DNA of 64,000 nucleotides from an uncultured Gemmatimonadales bacterium (GCA_963783385.1 CAWANJ010000009.1:160001-224000), one strand, 5' to 3'; positions 9,340-20,251 are shown, numbered from the stretch's first letter. Notes: generated by a model not told the origin, from the sequence alone. A program made the numbers and translations.

Positions 9340-10685
9340 TCATTGTCGATCGAACGCTCGCCAGACTCGCCGCCGAGGACGATCCCATCCGGGTGGGGAT
9401 GATCGGGGCCGGGTTCATGGGTCAGGGAATCGCCCGCCAGCTACTCAGGTACGTGCAGGGAATGAAGCTGGTGGCGGTCTCCAATCGCCACCCGGAGCGT
9501 GCCGAACGGGCCTACCGTGACTGCGGCGTGGATAGTCCGCGCTCCGTGGCCACCCCCGCCGAGCTGGAGGAGGCGATCGACGCCGGAGTCCCGGCGGTCA
9601 CGGACGATCCGACGGTCGTATGCCGGGCGGGCTCGGTGGACGTGGTCCTGGAGGTGACCGGCGACATCGGCTTCGGCGCCGACGTGGCCGTGGATGCGAT
9701 CGACCACGGAAAGCACTTCGTCACCATGAGCGCGGAGTTGGACGGAACGGTCGGACCCATACTGAACCGGCGTGCCGAACGCGCGGGAGTCGTGTTCACG
9801 CAATCCGACGGGGATCAGCCTGGCGTCCTCATGAACCTGTACCGGTTCGTGCGAGGCATAGGCGTGTCCCCGGTGCTGTGCGGGAACATCAAGGGGTTCC
9901 ACGATCCACACCGCAATCCGACCACGCAGAAGCCGTTCGCCGACAAGGTAGGCGAGAGCCCGGAGATGATCACGTCCTTCACGGATGGGACCAAGATCTC
10001 CTTCGAGCAGGCGACGGTGGCCAACGCCACGGCAATGGGCGTCGCCTGCCGGGGCATGCTCGGCCCCCAGGTTCCGGCGGGCACGCCGGTGGAGGAGGCG
10101 CCGCTCTGGTATCCTGACGAAGTGCTCGCGGGCGACCGCGGCGTCGTGGACTATGTGGTGGGTGCGGTGCCCGCTCCGGGCGTGTTCGTATTGGGACGCA
10201 TGGAGGATCCGGTCCAGCAGCACTACCTGAAGGTGTACAAGCTCGGCAAGGGACCCGTTTACGTCTTCTATCGACCCTATCATCTGTGCCACTTCGAGGC
10301 CCACAACGCCGTGGTCCGGGCGACCGTGTTCGGCAATGCCACCCTGGCCTCGCGCAACGGGCCCTCGGTGGAAGTGGTGGCCACGGCCAAGGTGGACCTC
10401 GAGCCGGGGGATCGGCTCGATGGCCCGGGCGGCTACAAGACGTACGGCCAGTGTGAGGCAGCGGCGGTTGTCGCCGACGAGGACCTGCTCGTGATGGGGA
10501 TCTCGGAGCAGGCCCGGGTGGTGCGGCCTGTGGCGAAGGACGAGGTGATCACGCGCCGGGACGTAGAGCTGCTCGGTGACCGGATGGTGGACCGGCTGCG
10601 AGCGGAGCAGGACCGCGCATTCGGGGGCGCCGCACGGGGAGAGCCGGCGGCCGTTCAGCGCTCGAGCCGATCCCGCGCATCCTAG
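9336..10685 (+). CDS. NAD(P)-dependent oxidoreductase, homoserine-dehydrogenase-like with C-terminal SAF domain (COG4091 type)
   Basis: IRVGMIGAGFMG, DGDQPGV, TSFTDGTKISFEQATVANAT, FYRPYHLCHFE, SAF segment VATAKVDLEPGDRLDGPGGYKTYG; GTGA overlap with rfbD. Confidence 0.85.
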   Translation: MIIVDRTLARLAAEDDPIRVGMIGAGFMGQGIARQLLRYVQGMKLVAVSNRHPERAERAYRDCGVDSPRSVATPAELEEAIDAGVPAVTDDPTVVCRAGSVDVVLEVTGDIGFGADVAVDAIDHGKHFVTMSAELDGTVGPILNRRAERAGVVFTQSDGDQPGVLMNLYRFVRGIGVSPVLCGNIKGFHDPHRNPTTQKPFADKVGESPEMITSFTDGTKISFEQATVANATAMGVACRGMLGPQVPAGTPVEEAPLWYPDEVLAGDRGVVDYVVGAVPAPGVFVLGRMEDPVQQHYLKVYKLGKGPVYVFYRPYHLCHFEAHNAVVRATVFGNATLASRNGPSVEVVATAKVDLEPGDRLDGPGGYKTYGQCEAAAVVADEDLLVMGISEQARVVRPVAKDEVITRRDVELLGDRMVDRLRAEQDRAFGGAARGEPAAVQRSSRSRAS

Positions 10686-10716
10686 GTGGGCCGGTCCGGG
10701 TACCGCGAGTGGTAGT

Positions 10717-10743
10717 GGAGCCGGGCCCTCCGGGCCCGGCTCC
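10717..10743. terminator. Perfect 12-bp inverted repeat between convergent genes (probable bidirectional terminator)
   Basis: GGAGCCGGGCCC-TCC-GGGCCCGGCTCC. Confidence 0.7.
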
Positions 10744-10751
10744 GACCCGCG

Positions 10752-11513
10752 TTACATGCCTTCCTGGACGATCGAGAGGTCCGGGCGGTACCTGAGGACC
10801 ATGGTCGTCGTCTCCCAGTACGTGCCCGTGATGGTCTGGAACAGCTTCATGGCTTCGTCCTTTCCCAGATGTTCCGACAGCATGGCGTCCATGCTCGGCT
10901 GGATGGGCTCGAAGCTGGCCCAATCGGGATGGAAGATGGCCAGGTAGCGGTCTTCACCCCGTCCGCCATTGACCGGCATCTCCCAGGCGTAGTGCACCGG
11001 CCACTTACTCGTGACGATGGCCTTGTGGATCTGGTCGATCGCCCGATCGAAGGCCTGCACCTGGTCGGCCTTCAGGTGATAGACGACCATCTCGACCATC
11101 GCGTAGCCCTCGGGCTTGTCGGGCAGGATCATGTGCGCCGTGTCGACGACGGTGAGGAGGCTGGTCTCGGAGGAGAGGTGGGGGGCCACGTCGGCGCCGA
11201 AGCGCTCGCTGCCCCTGGGTCCGAAACCGCTGTCATAGGCGTCCAGGTCGGCCCAGGCGTGCCCCCCGGAGCGGGCGACGAACGTGCCGAGACGGTCACC
11301 GTTGACGACCTGGTAGATCTCCCAGCTCCACGGGTCGCCGGCCTGCTTCCGCCAGGCGGCGTGGGCCTTGAGCGCCTGCTCGAACACGGCTGTCTTGCTG
11401 GGGGCCGGCGTGAACCAGTAGGTGCGGGCGACGTTCTGTGCGGTCGCCTGGCCGGCGGGCACGGCCACGCCGAGGACCACGAGGCTGAGCAGGAACCGTC
11501 GGACGATGGACAT
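10752..11513 (-). CDS. Secreted hypothetical protein with two internal alpha/beta repeats (NIPSNAP-like)
   Basis: Signal peptide MSIVRRFLLSLVVLGVAVPAGQATA-Q. Repeats WSWEIYQVVNG..HAWADLD and YAWEMPVNGG..PDWASFE. AAGGAGG SD. Confidence 0.75.
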   Translation of the reverse strand: MSIVRRFLLSLVVLGVAVPAGQATAQNVARTYWFTPAPSKTAVFEQALKAHAAWRKQAGDPWSWEIYQVVNGDRLGTFVARSGGHAWADLDAYDSGFGPRGSERFGADVAPHLSSETSLLTVVDTAHMILPDKPEGYAMVEMVVYHLKADQVQAFDRAIDQIHKAIVTSKWPVHYAWEMPVNGGRGEDRYLAIFHPDWASFEPIQPSMDAMLSEHLGKDEAMKLFQTITGTYWETTTMVLRYRPDLSIVQEGM

Positions 11514-11721
11514 CGGTCGACCTCCTTCCAGGGGAGAAGGGAAGCGGGAGCGCTCCGGTGCGTGTCCGGATCACGGAGACCCTCGCGGTCTGCCCGCCAC
11601 GCGGACGTCGGGCCGGAAGTCGCAGCGGAGCGGAGTTAGGTCAGGATAAAACCGATGTTATGGTCGGATGATCCGACCCGCAACGGGGAGGCTCGAAGGC
11701 GGGGCGAGGGCTGGGGATCGG

Positions 11722-11817
11722 TCACCAGAAGCGGCGGTTTCTCCGGTGCAGGAGTCGGTCGACGATCTGGCGGGTGAGGCGGGCCGTGGTCTCGAGCAGA
11801 CTGCGAAGCAAGGTCAC
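11722..11817 (-). CDS. Putative small protein (31 aa) MTLLRSLLETTARLTRQIVDRLLHRRNRRFW
   Basis: GTG start after purine-rich GGGAAGGGAGG, GC3-rich codons, amphipathic helix pattern. Below the ORF-track cutoff. Confidence 0.45.
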   Translation of the reverse strand: MTLLRSLLETTARLTRQIVDRLLHRRNRRFW

Positions 11818-12154
11818 GCCCTCCCTTCCCACGAGGGACGGTCTCCAACCCCTGCGCCGGCTAGCGCCGGAGGGTGACGGCCGGTCGTGTCACGGTGCTC
11901 CATTGGGTTCACCGTCCTGGAGTTGCGCCTCGACGGTCGGTGGGGCGCATGCGCACGCGTCGTTCCCGGGCTCGGCAACGTGTCAATGAATCTCGATGTA
12001 TTTGTGAGTAGGCGACTTATGACCGGATCGGCTCACGAAGCGGCGAGATCCCGCCGGCGCCCGGCCCGGCCTTTTTTGCAAGAAATGGCGCGTACTGCGG
12101 ATAGGACGGTCTATCCAAGATCCCGTGGAAGAGCCCTGGGATGCGGCGCCTCGC

Positions 12155-12835
12155 TCAGTCTTCCTGCTCGGGCAGCCAGCGGGGCAGGGTCTCCACCGCG
12201 GTGCCCCAGTGGGCCTCCAGCCGCCGGGCGGCCTCCTCGAGATCGTCCGCCGCGACGGCCTCCCGGATGCCGCGGTGCTCCTCCATGGCCTGAGCGGATT
12301 CGACAGGAGCTCGCTGGAAGGCCTGCTCGTAACGTGTGACCCGGTTCTTGACCCGCGCGAGCTCCTCGTGCAGGACGGCGTTGCCGGCCGAGCCTGACAG
12401 CAGGGCTTCGTGCCAGGCCCGGTCGAGCTCGATCTGGCGTCCGGGATCGTCCATGCAGCCGTGGCGTTCCCGGTCGAGGTCGGCCATGCGGTTCCGCTCC
12501 TCGGCGTCGGGGAGGCCTTCCGAGAGCAGGGCGTGCCGCTCGAGCACCCCGATGAGGGTGTAGAGCTCGTGCGCTTCCTCACGGGTGAGCGGGGCCACGA
12601 AGTAGCCACGGTAGGGGCTCACCGACACGAAGCCCTCGAGGGCGAGCAGCAGGAGCGCCTCCCGGACCGGGGTTCGGCTGGCTCCGAGCTGTTCCGCGAG
12701 CTCGCGCTCGTTCAGATCGGAGCCCGGCGACAGCCTTCCCTCCATGAGCCACTCGCGGACGATCGCCCGAATCTGCTCGCGCAGCGGCGGCCTGTTGAGT
12801 AGCGGTGCATCCCCGGGGTCGTTGACGGGCTTCAT
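12155..12835 (-). CDS. GntR/FadR-family transcriptional regulator (wHTH + FCD)
   Basis: LREQIRAIVREWLMEGRLSPGSDLNERELAEQLGASRTPVREALLLL; FCD residues DRAWHEALL..GN..EEHRGIREAV..LEAHW. Confidence 0.92.
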   Translation of the reverse strand: MKPVNDPGDAPLLNRPPLREQIRAIVREWLMEGRLSPGSDLNERELAEQLGASRTPVREALLLLALEGFVSVSPYRGYFVAPLTREEAHELYTLIGVLERHALLSEGLPDAEERNRMADLDRERHGCMDDPGRQIELDRAWHEALLSGSAGNAVLHEELARVKNRVTRYEQAFQRAPVESAQAMEEHRGIREAVAADDLEEAARRLEAHWGTAVETLPRWLPEQED

Positions 12836-12914
12836 CGAAGGCGCTCCGGATCGAGTTCGTGTCGCCACGGACAGGTCCCGTCCAGGGTGCAAACTAGCCC
12901 GGTCGCGTCGTCAA

Positions 12915-12924
12915 TGGTATACCA
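12915..12924. promoter_or_regulatory. Candidate GntR/FadR operator palindrome
   Basis: Perfect palindrome TGGTATACCA 80 bp upstream of the gntR start, next to minus-strand TTGACG. Confidence 0.55.
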
Positions 12925-12971
12925 GCCGATTCGGCGTCCCCGGCGGCCGAACCCGGACTCGGCGAGACGCC

Positions 12972-13562
12972 TCAGCGGCTCGCGTCGGGGCCCGCGGAGT
13001 CGGGAGCGTCCGTCGTGTCGGGCTGGGACTGTGTGTCGGGCGCCGCGTATGCGGCCCCGGCCGGAGGTGGGGTCGAGATGGCGGCCCCGCCCCTGGACCG
13101 CTCGGCTCCACCGGGCAACTTCCTGACTCCGAGGAGGTCGGGCTCCTGCACGAAGGGTCGGTAGGTCTGGACGCCCAGCGTCACCGAGTCGCCACGGGCC
13201 ACCAGGAGGTCGATCTCGGGAACTTTCTTGTCGAAGGTGGCCAGCATCGCCCCCTGCTTCGTGTCCACGGTGAGCAGGAGGCGGCTGCCTTCCTTTCCTT
13301 TCTCGACCACGAGCCCCTCCACGCGTGTCGCGCGTCCACGCAAGGCGGCCGGCAGGTAGGGACGAAGGAGACCGGGGACGAATATCGTGCCCAGGACGCC
13401 GAGGACGAGGCCGCTCACCAGCCACGGCCACCGGCGAAGGCGGCCCCGGCCGGAGCCGCCGCCTCCCCGGGAACGCCTCCCCGAGCCGCCGGATCCTGCA
13501 TCGTCGTCGTCCAGGCCCGGGATGTCCGGGATGTCGGGAATGTCGAAAGACTTCGGGCTCAT
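12972..13562 (-). CDS. Hypothetical single-TM protein with a small beta-rich (OB-like) domain
   Basis: N-terminal DIPDIPDIP repeat, TM WPWLVSGLVLGVLGTIFVP, beta domain VEGLVVEKGKEGSRLLLTVDTKQGAMLATF. Confidence 0.7.
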   Translation of the reverse strand: MSPKSFDIPDIPDIPGLDDDDAGSGGSGRRSRGGGGSGRGRLRRWPWLVSGLVLGVLGTIFVPGLLRPYLPAALRGRATRVEGLVVEKGKEGSRLLLTVDTKQGAMLATFDKKVPEIDLLVARGDSVTLGVQTYRPFVQEPDLLGVRKLPGGAERSRGGAAISTPPPAGAAYAAPDTQSQPDTTDAPDSAGPDASR

Positions 13563-13715
13563 AGTCTGCTTCCGCCGGTTCCGGTGGAGGGGCTGGTGGC
13601 GTGGCTCGCGCCGCGCGGTCACTCCCGAAGGTCGGGTGCGTCGCCGGAGGGGGCAAGCGTTCCGCTCCCGCCTCCCTCCAGGACTACGAGCCTCGAGCGG
13701 ACGGCGTTTCCCGTC

Positions 13716-14444
13716 CTACAGGATCCTCTGGAACAGCAACATGACGGTCATCGACCCGCTCGTCAGGATTCCGATCAGCCAGCGCGGCGCGTCCTCGAAC
13801 GCCTCGGGGAGGAGCTCGAGGAACACCATGAACACCATGGCCCCGGCGGCGAAGCCAATGCCGTAAGGCAGCGCGGGGTGGATGGTCTCCACCAGGAGAT
13901 ACGCGGGCACGGCCATGAGGGGCTGGGGCAGGGAGGAGAACACGCTCCAGCCCGCGCACGCCAGCACGCTCGTGCCCTCGGGCCGCAGCACCGCGCTGAT
14001 GGCCAGACCCTCGGGAACGTTGTGGACGGCGATCGCCACGGTGATGAGGAAGGCCAGCTCGGTCCCGCCGCCGAACGCCGCGCCGACCGCGACACCTTCC
14101 GAGAAGGAGTGGACGGTCATGACCAGGACGATGAGCAGCATGCGGCGCGCACCCGCCCCGGTCACTTCGCCGAAGGAGACGTCCTCCTGACCGATCCACC
14201 GGTGTGCCAGGAGAACGAACAGGAGGCCGACGTTGGCCCCCACAATGGTCTGCGGCGCGCCGTGCCGGCTGCCCTCGGCCAGGAGCCCGAAGGAGGCGCC
14301 CAGCATGAGGCCGGCGGCGAGTGCGTTGGCCAGCGCGGCCGTCCGGCCGGAGATCCGCTTCACGAACGCGAACGGGACGGCGCCCAGTCCGGTGGCCAGC
14401 GCCGTGATCAGACCGTAGAAGCCCACCAGCAGGATCTGGTGCAT
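13716..14444 (-). CDS. ZIP family (GufA/ZupT-like) metal transporter
   Basis: ATGLGAVPF, MTVHSFSEGVAVG, IAVHNVPEGLAIS, GFAAGAMVFMVFLELLPEA. Confidence 0.92.
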   Translation of the reverse strand: MHQILLVGFYGLITALATGLGAVPFAFVKRISGRTAALANALAAGLMLGASFGLLAEGSRHGAPQTIVGANVGLLFVLLAHRWIGQEDVSFGEVTGAGARRMLLIVLVMTVHSFSEGVAVGAAFGGGTELAFLITVAIAVHNVPEGLAISAVLRPEGTSVLACAGWSVFSSLPQPLMAVPAYLLVETIHPALPYGIGFAAGAMVFMVFLELLPEAFEDAPRWLIGILTSGSMTVMLLFQRIL

Positions 14445-15172
14445 CAGCCGACCCAGCCGATGAGGAGGGCCACCATGGACAGGGCGGCGCTGGCCACCAC
14501 GGCGATGCTCGTGTGCCCGGCCTGCCGATACGACTCGGGAAGCAGCTCGACCAGCACCAGGTTGGCCAGCATGCCGGTGGCCAGGCCCAGGACCCAGGAG
14601 AGGGTAACCGGGGCGGCGCTCACGACCGCGTAGGTCGCCACGGCGACGAACACCTGAGGAACGTTGGTCGCGACCCCCGTGAGGGCGGCGGTGGTGAGGC
14701 TGACGCCACGGGAGCGCTGCACGGCTCCCAGCACGATGACCTCGGGGATGTTGTGCACCGCCATGGTGGCGGCGGTGAACAGCCCGAACGGGAGGCCGAC
14801 CGCCATGGCGGCTCCGATGGCGACTCCCTCGGAGCCCGCGTGCAGGGTCTGGACGAGCGCCACGCGATAGCCGTATTCCGGTCCGGTCTCGCCGAGCCGG
14901 TTGAGCGACAGGTCCTCGGTGCCGGTGGCGGCGTGGGTCCAGGCGATGAACAGGATTCCCGCGAGGGCCCCTACGGCGGCGGGCACGGCGGCCTCTCCCT
15001 TCACGGTGCCGAGCGCGAAGGCCGTACCGAACATCATGCCGCCGGCGAGCGCGTTGGCCCAGCCGATCCAGCCCTCCGGAACGCGCGCCCGCCCCACGAG
15101 CGGGAGGACGCCGAGGGCGGAGGCCGCGGCCGCGACGCTCGCGGCGAGCAGGGTCAGGATAGCGGGGTGCAC
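14444..15172 (-). CDS. ZIP family metal transporter, divergent paralog
   Basis: TLHAGSEGVAIG, MAVHNIPEVIVLG, GLATGMLANLVLVELLPESY; TGATG coupling with the next ZIP. Confidence 0.85.
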   Translation of the reverse strand: MHPAILTLLAASVAAAASALGVLPLVGRARVPEGWIGWANALAGGMMFGTAFALGTVKGEAAVPAAVGALAGILFIAWTHAATGTEDLSLNRLGETGPEYGYRVALVQTLHAGSEGVAIGAAMAVGLPFGLFTAATMAVHNIPEVIVLGAVQRSRGVSLTTAALTGVATNVPQVFVAVATYAVVSAAPVTLSWVLGLATGMLANLVLVELLPESYRQAGHTSIAVVASAALSMVALLIGWVG

Positions 15173-15292
15173 GAGAGGCCGGCTCCTGGGTCCGAAGGGG
15201 ACGTCCGGCGGCGAACGTGGCGACGCCGTGCCGCGGCGTGCATCCTATCCACCCCCGCGACCCGCGACCAGCCTCGGGACCCGGAGAGGTCC

Positions 15293-16021
15293 ATGGATCG
15301 ATACGTCGATGGCCCGTATGGACGAGCGTTGCGCGCCTACCATGGCGGGGGCGGCGAGGCGCTCGAGCTGGCGATGCGCTCCGACCTCGGGGAGAGCGAC
15401 GCGATCCCGGTGTCGGTCTTCTTCCGCGAGCCGGCGGAGTTCTTCTCCTTCGAGCGTGAGGCTCTCCGGCGCTGCCGGGGTCGCGTGCTGGACCTCGGCG
15501 CCGGGACCGGCGTCCACAGCCTGGTCCTCCAGGACCGGGGCCTCGAGGTCGTGGCCGTGGAGATCGATCCGGAAGCGTGCCGGGTGATGCGCGAGCGGGC
15601 GGTGCGCCGCGTGGTGCGCGCCGATGCGTTCTCGTTTCGGGGCGGTCCGTTCGACACGGTGCTCATGCTCATGAACGGCGCCGGACTGGCCGGCACCCTG
15701 GAGGGGCTGGGCCTCCTCCTGGCGCACCTGGCCGGGCTGGTGACGCCGGGGGGCCAGATCCTCATCGACTCGGCCGACCTGAGGCCGGAGCAGGGGCGCG
15801 CCGTGCCCTTCTCCCGCCGCGAGGACGGTCGCTACGTCGGTGAAGTGCAGATCCAGCTCGGGTTTCGCGGCGAGTGGGGCGCTCCCTTCCCGGAGCTGTA
15901 TGTGGACCCGGACACGCTGTCCATGATCGCGGACATCGGCGGCTGGCGCACCGAGGTGGTGCTCGACGAGGAGGACGGGAGCTTCCTGGCTCGGCTTGAA
16001 GCGCCCGGGGACGCCCCGTAG
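15293..16021 (+). CDS. Class I SAM-dependent methyltransferase
   Basis: CRGRVLDLGAGTGVHSLVLQ, FDTVLMLMNGAGLAG, PGGQILIDSAD, PFPELYVD; GGAGAGG SD. Confidence 0.85.
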   Translation: MDRYVDGPYGRALRAYHGGGGEALELAMRSDLGESDAIPVSVFFREPAEFFSFEREALRRCRGRVLDLGAGTGVHSLVLQDRGLEVVAVEIDPEACRVMRERAVRRVVRADAFSFRGGPFDTVLMLMNGAGLAGTLEGLGLLLAHLAGLVTPGGQILIDSADLRPEQGRAVPFSRREDGRYVGEVQIQLGFRGEWGAPFPELYVDPDTLSMIADIGGWRTEVVLDEEDGSFLARLEAPGDAP

Positions 16022-16031
16022 CTTCAGCCAC

Positions 16032-17937
<1,906 letters not shown>

Positions 17938-17971
17938 CGCGGACGCCGGGCGCCGCCCGCCAGGAATGCGA

Positions 17972-18000
17972 ACGGCCCGCCCCGGAGAGGAGCGGGCCGT
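17972..18000. terminator. Stem-loop between convergent thiC and iorB
   Basis: ACGGCCCGC...GCGGGCCGT inverted repeat. Confidence 0.55.
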
Positions 18001-18027
18001 CCCGCATGGGATCGATTCGAGCCGGCG

Positions 18028-20250
18028 CTACACCGAGATGGGCAGGCTCCGGATCGGCTTGCCGGTGAGCGCGCGAAGCGCGTTGCACACGGCCGGCGCG
18101 ATCGGCGGGGTGCCCGGCTCGCCAATGCCGCCCTGGTCGGCGTCGCTGTCCATGACGACGTGAACCTCGACCTCCGGCATCTCGTCGATGCGCAGCATGA
18201 GGTAGTCGTCGAAGTTCCCCTGCTGACAGCGGCCGTTCTGGATGGTGATGTTCCCGTACAGGGCCGCGGTGAGCCCGTACACGATGGCGCTCTGGATCTG
18301 CGCCTCGATGATGGAGGGGTTCACGGTGGGGCCGCAGTCGACGGCGGCGACCACCCGGTGCACCCTGGGCTTCCCGCTCTGGATCGAGACCTCGGCCACC
18401 TGCGCCACGTGCGAGTTGAAGGACTCGAACACGGCGATGCCCCGCGCCCGGCCCGACGGGAGGCTCTTCCCCCACCCGGCCCTGTCGGCGGCCAGGTCCA
18501 GGACGCGGCGATGGACCGGCTTGTCGGCCAGCAGGTCGTGCCGGTACTGATAGGGGTCCTTGCCGGCCAGGTGGGCGAGCTCGTCGATCATGCACTCGAC
18601 CACCATGCCGTTGAAGCTGTTGTTGACCGAGCGCCAGAACCACACGGGCACGCCCACCTCCGCGTCGTGGTAGTCGACGTGCACGTTGGGGATCGCGTAG
18701 GGCATGGCGACCGCCCCCTCGACCGCCTCGGTGTCGAGGCCGTTCTTCAGCGGCTGGCCAGAGAACACGCGCGTGATGGAGGGAGCCACGACCCGGTGGC
18801 TCCAGGCCACCGGCTTCCCGCTCCCATCCAGCGCGGCGCGGAGCACGTGGTGGTTGGCGGGACGGAAGCCGTCGTGGCGGACGTCGTCCTCGCGCGACCA
18901 CACCGCCTTCACGGGAGCGCCCGCCGCCTTCGACAGGAGCACGGCGTCCTCGACGAAATCCTGCATGGCCCGGCGCCCGAAGCCGCCGCCCAGGTAGGTC
19001 GTGTGCACCTGGACCTTCGAGGGATCCACCCCCGCCAGCTTGGCCGCCGTCTGCTGGTTGGCGGTCTGGAACTGGGTGGGCGCCCACACCTCGCACCCGT
19101 CCGGGCGCACGTGGGCGGTGGCGTTCATCGGTTCCATGGTGGCGTGCGCCAGGTAGGGAAGGTCGAAGGTGGCCTCGTGCACGCGCGAGCCGGCCTTCCC
19201 GAGCACCGCCCCGGCGTCCCCGTCGTCCCGGGCCACGGCCCCGGGCTTCGCGCCCAGCTCCCGGAAAATGGCCAGGATCTTGTCGCTGGACTGGTCGGCC
19301 CACTGCCCCTCGTCCCACTCGATCTGGAGCGCCTTCCGTCCCTGCAGCGCCGCCCAGTAGTGGTCGGCCACCACGCCCACCCGGTCGCCCAGGTTCACGA
19401 CCTTGCGGACGCCGGGGACCTGCATCGCCTTCGAGTCATCGAGGCTCTTGACCTTGCCGCCGTAGACCGGGCAGCGGGCCACGTTCCCGATGAGCACGCC
19501 CTCGGGCCGGACGTCGATGCCGAAGGTGGCCGAGCCGTCCGTCTTGACCGGCGTGTCCAGGCGCGGGTGCGGCGTGCCGAGGATCCGGAAGTCCTTCCGA
19601 TCCTTGAGGGGCGGGTCCTCGGGGAGGGTCTCGGCCGCCGCGGCCTCGGCCAGCTCGCCGTAGGTCGCACTATGGCCATTGCCGTCGGTGACCTTCCCGT
19701 CCGACGCCGTGCAGCTCGATGGGTCGATGCTCCACTTCTTGGCGGCGGCGGCGATCAGCATGATGCGCGCGGCCGCGCCCGCCTTGCGCAGGGGCTCCCA
19801 CGCGGCCCGTACGCTGGTGGAGCCTCCCGTGCCCTGCATGCCGAACATCGGGTTGAAGTACTCCTTCGCCGCCGGCGCGAACTCGAACCTGATGTCGTCG
19901 AGCTTCACCTCGAGCTCCTCGGCGAGGAGCATGGGGAGGGCGGTGGTGACGCCCTGGCCCATCTCGGATCGGTCGACCATGAAGGTGACCTGACCGTCGG
20001 TCCCCACCCGGATCCACGCGTTGGGCGCGAACGCGGCCTGCTCGGTCGTGCCTCCGGCACCGGTCCGGTCCTTCGGCGAGCAGCCGGGAATGGACACGGC
20101 CAGCACGAGGCCCGCTCCCGCCACGCCCGCGACCTTTACGAACTGCCTCCGGTTCAGACCGCCGGAAGCCGTCGCGCTCGCGTCCACCGCCGCCCGCGAG
20201 CCCAGGGAGGCCCACACGCCCTCGATCCCGTCCTTCGTCCAGGCGCCCAT
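18028..20250 (-). CDS. iorB: Xanthine dehydrogenase family molybdopterin subunit (IorB-like), Tat signal
   Basis: LNRRQFVK, RSEMGQG, TGGSTSVR, YLAHATMEPMN, LGGGFGRR, GGIGEPGTPPIAPAVCNA. Confidence 0.9.
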   Translation of the reverse strand: MGAWTKDGIEGVWASLGSRAAVDASATASGGLNRRQFVKVAGVAGAGLVLAVSIPGCSPKDRTGAGGTTEQAAFAPNAWIRVGTDGQVTFMVDRSEMGQGVTTALPMLLAEELEVKLDDIRFEFAPAAKEYFNPMFGMQGTGGSTSVRAAWEPLRKAGAAARIMLIAAAAKKWSIDPSSCTASDGKVTDGNGHSATYGELAEAAAAETLPEDPPLKDRKDFRILGTPHPRLDTPVKTDGSATFGIDVRPEGVLIGNVARCPVYGGKVKSLDDSKAMQVPGVRKVVNLGDRVGVVADHYWAALQGRKALQIEWDEGQWADQSSDKILAIFRELGAKPGAVARDDGDAGAVLGKAGSRVHEATFDLPYLAHATMEPMNATAHVRPDGCEVWAPTQFQTANQQTAAKLAGVDPSKVQVHTTYLGGGFGRRAMQDFVEDAVLLSKAAGAPVKAVWSREDDVRHDGFRPANHHVLRAALDGSGKPVAWSHRVVAPSITRVFSGQPLKNGLDTEAVEGAVAMPYAIPNVHVDYHDAEVGVPVWFWRSVNNSFNGMVVECMIDELAHLAGKDPYQYRHDLLADKPVHRRVLDLAADRAGWGKSLPSGRARGIAVFESFNSHVAQVAEVSIQSGKPRVHRVVAAVDCGPTVNPSIIEAQIQSAIVYGLTAALYGNITIQNGRCQQGNFDDYLMLRIDEMPEVEVHVVMDSDADQGGIGEPGTPPIAPAVCNALRALTGKPIRSLPISV

Positions 20251-20251
20251 C

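Noticed and set aside
13520-13548. 9-bp tandem repeat
   Set aside because: Coding repeat (DIP x3) within a protein N-terminus; not CRISPR or a mobile repeat.
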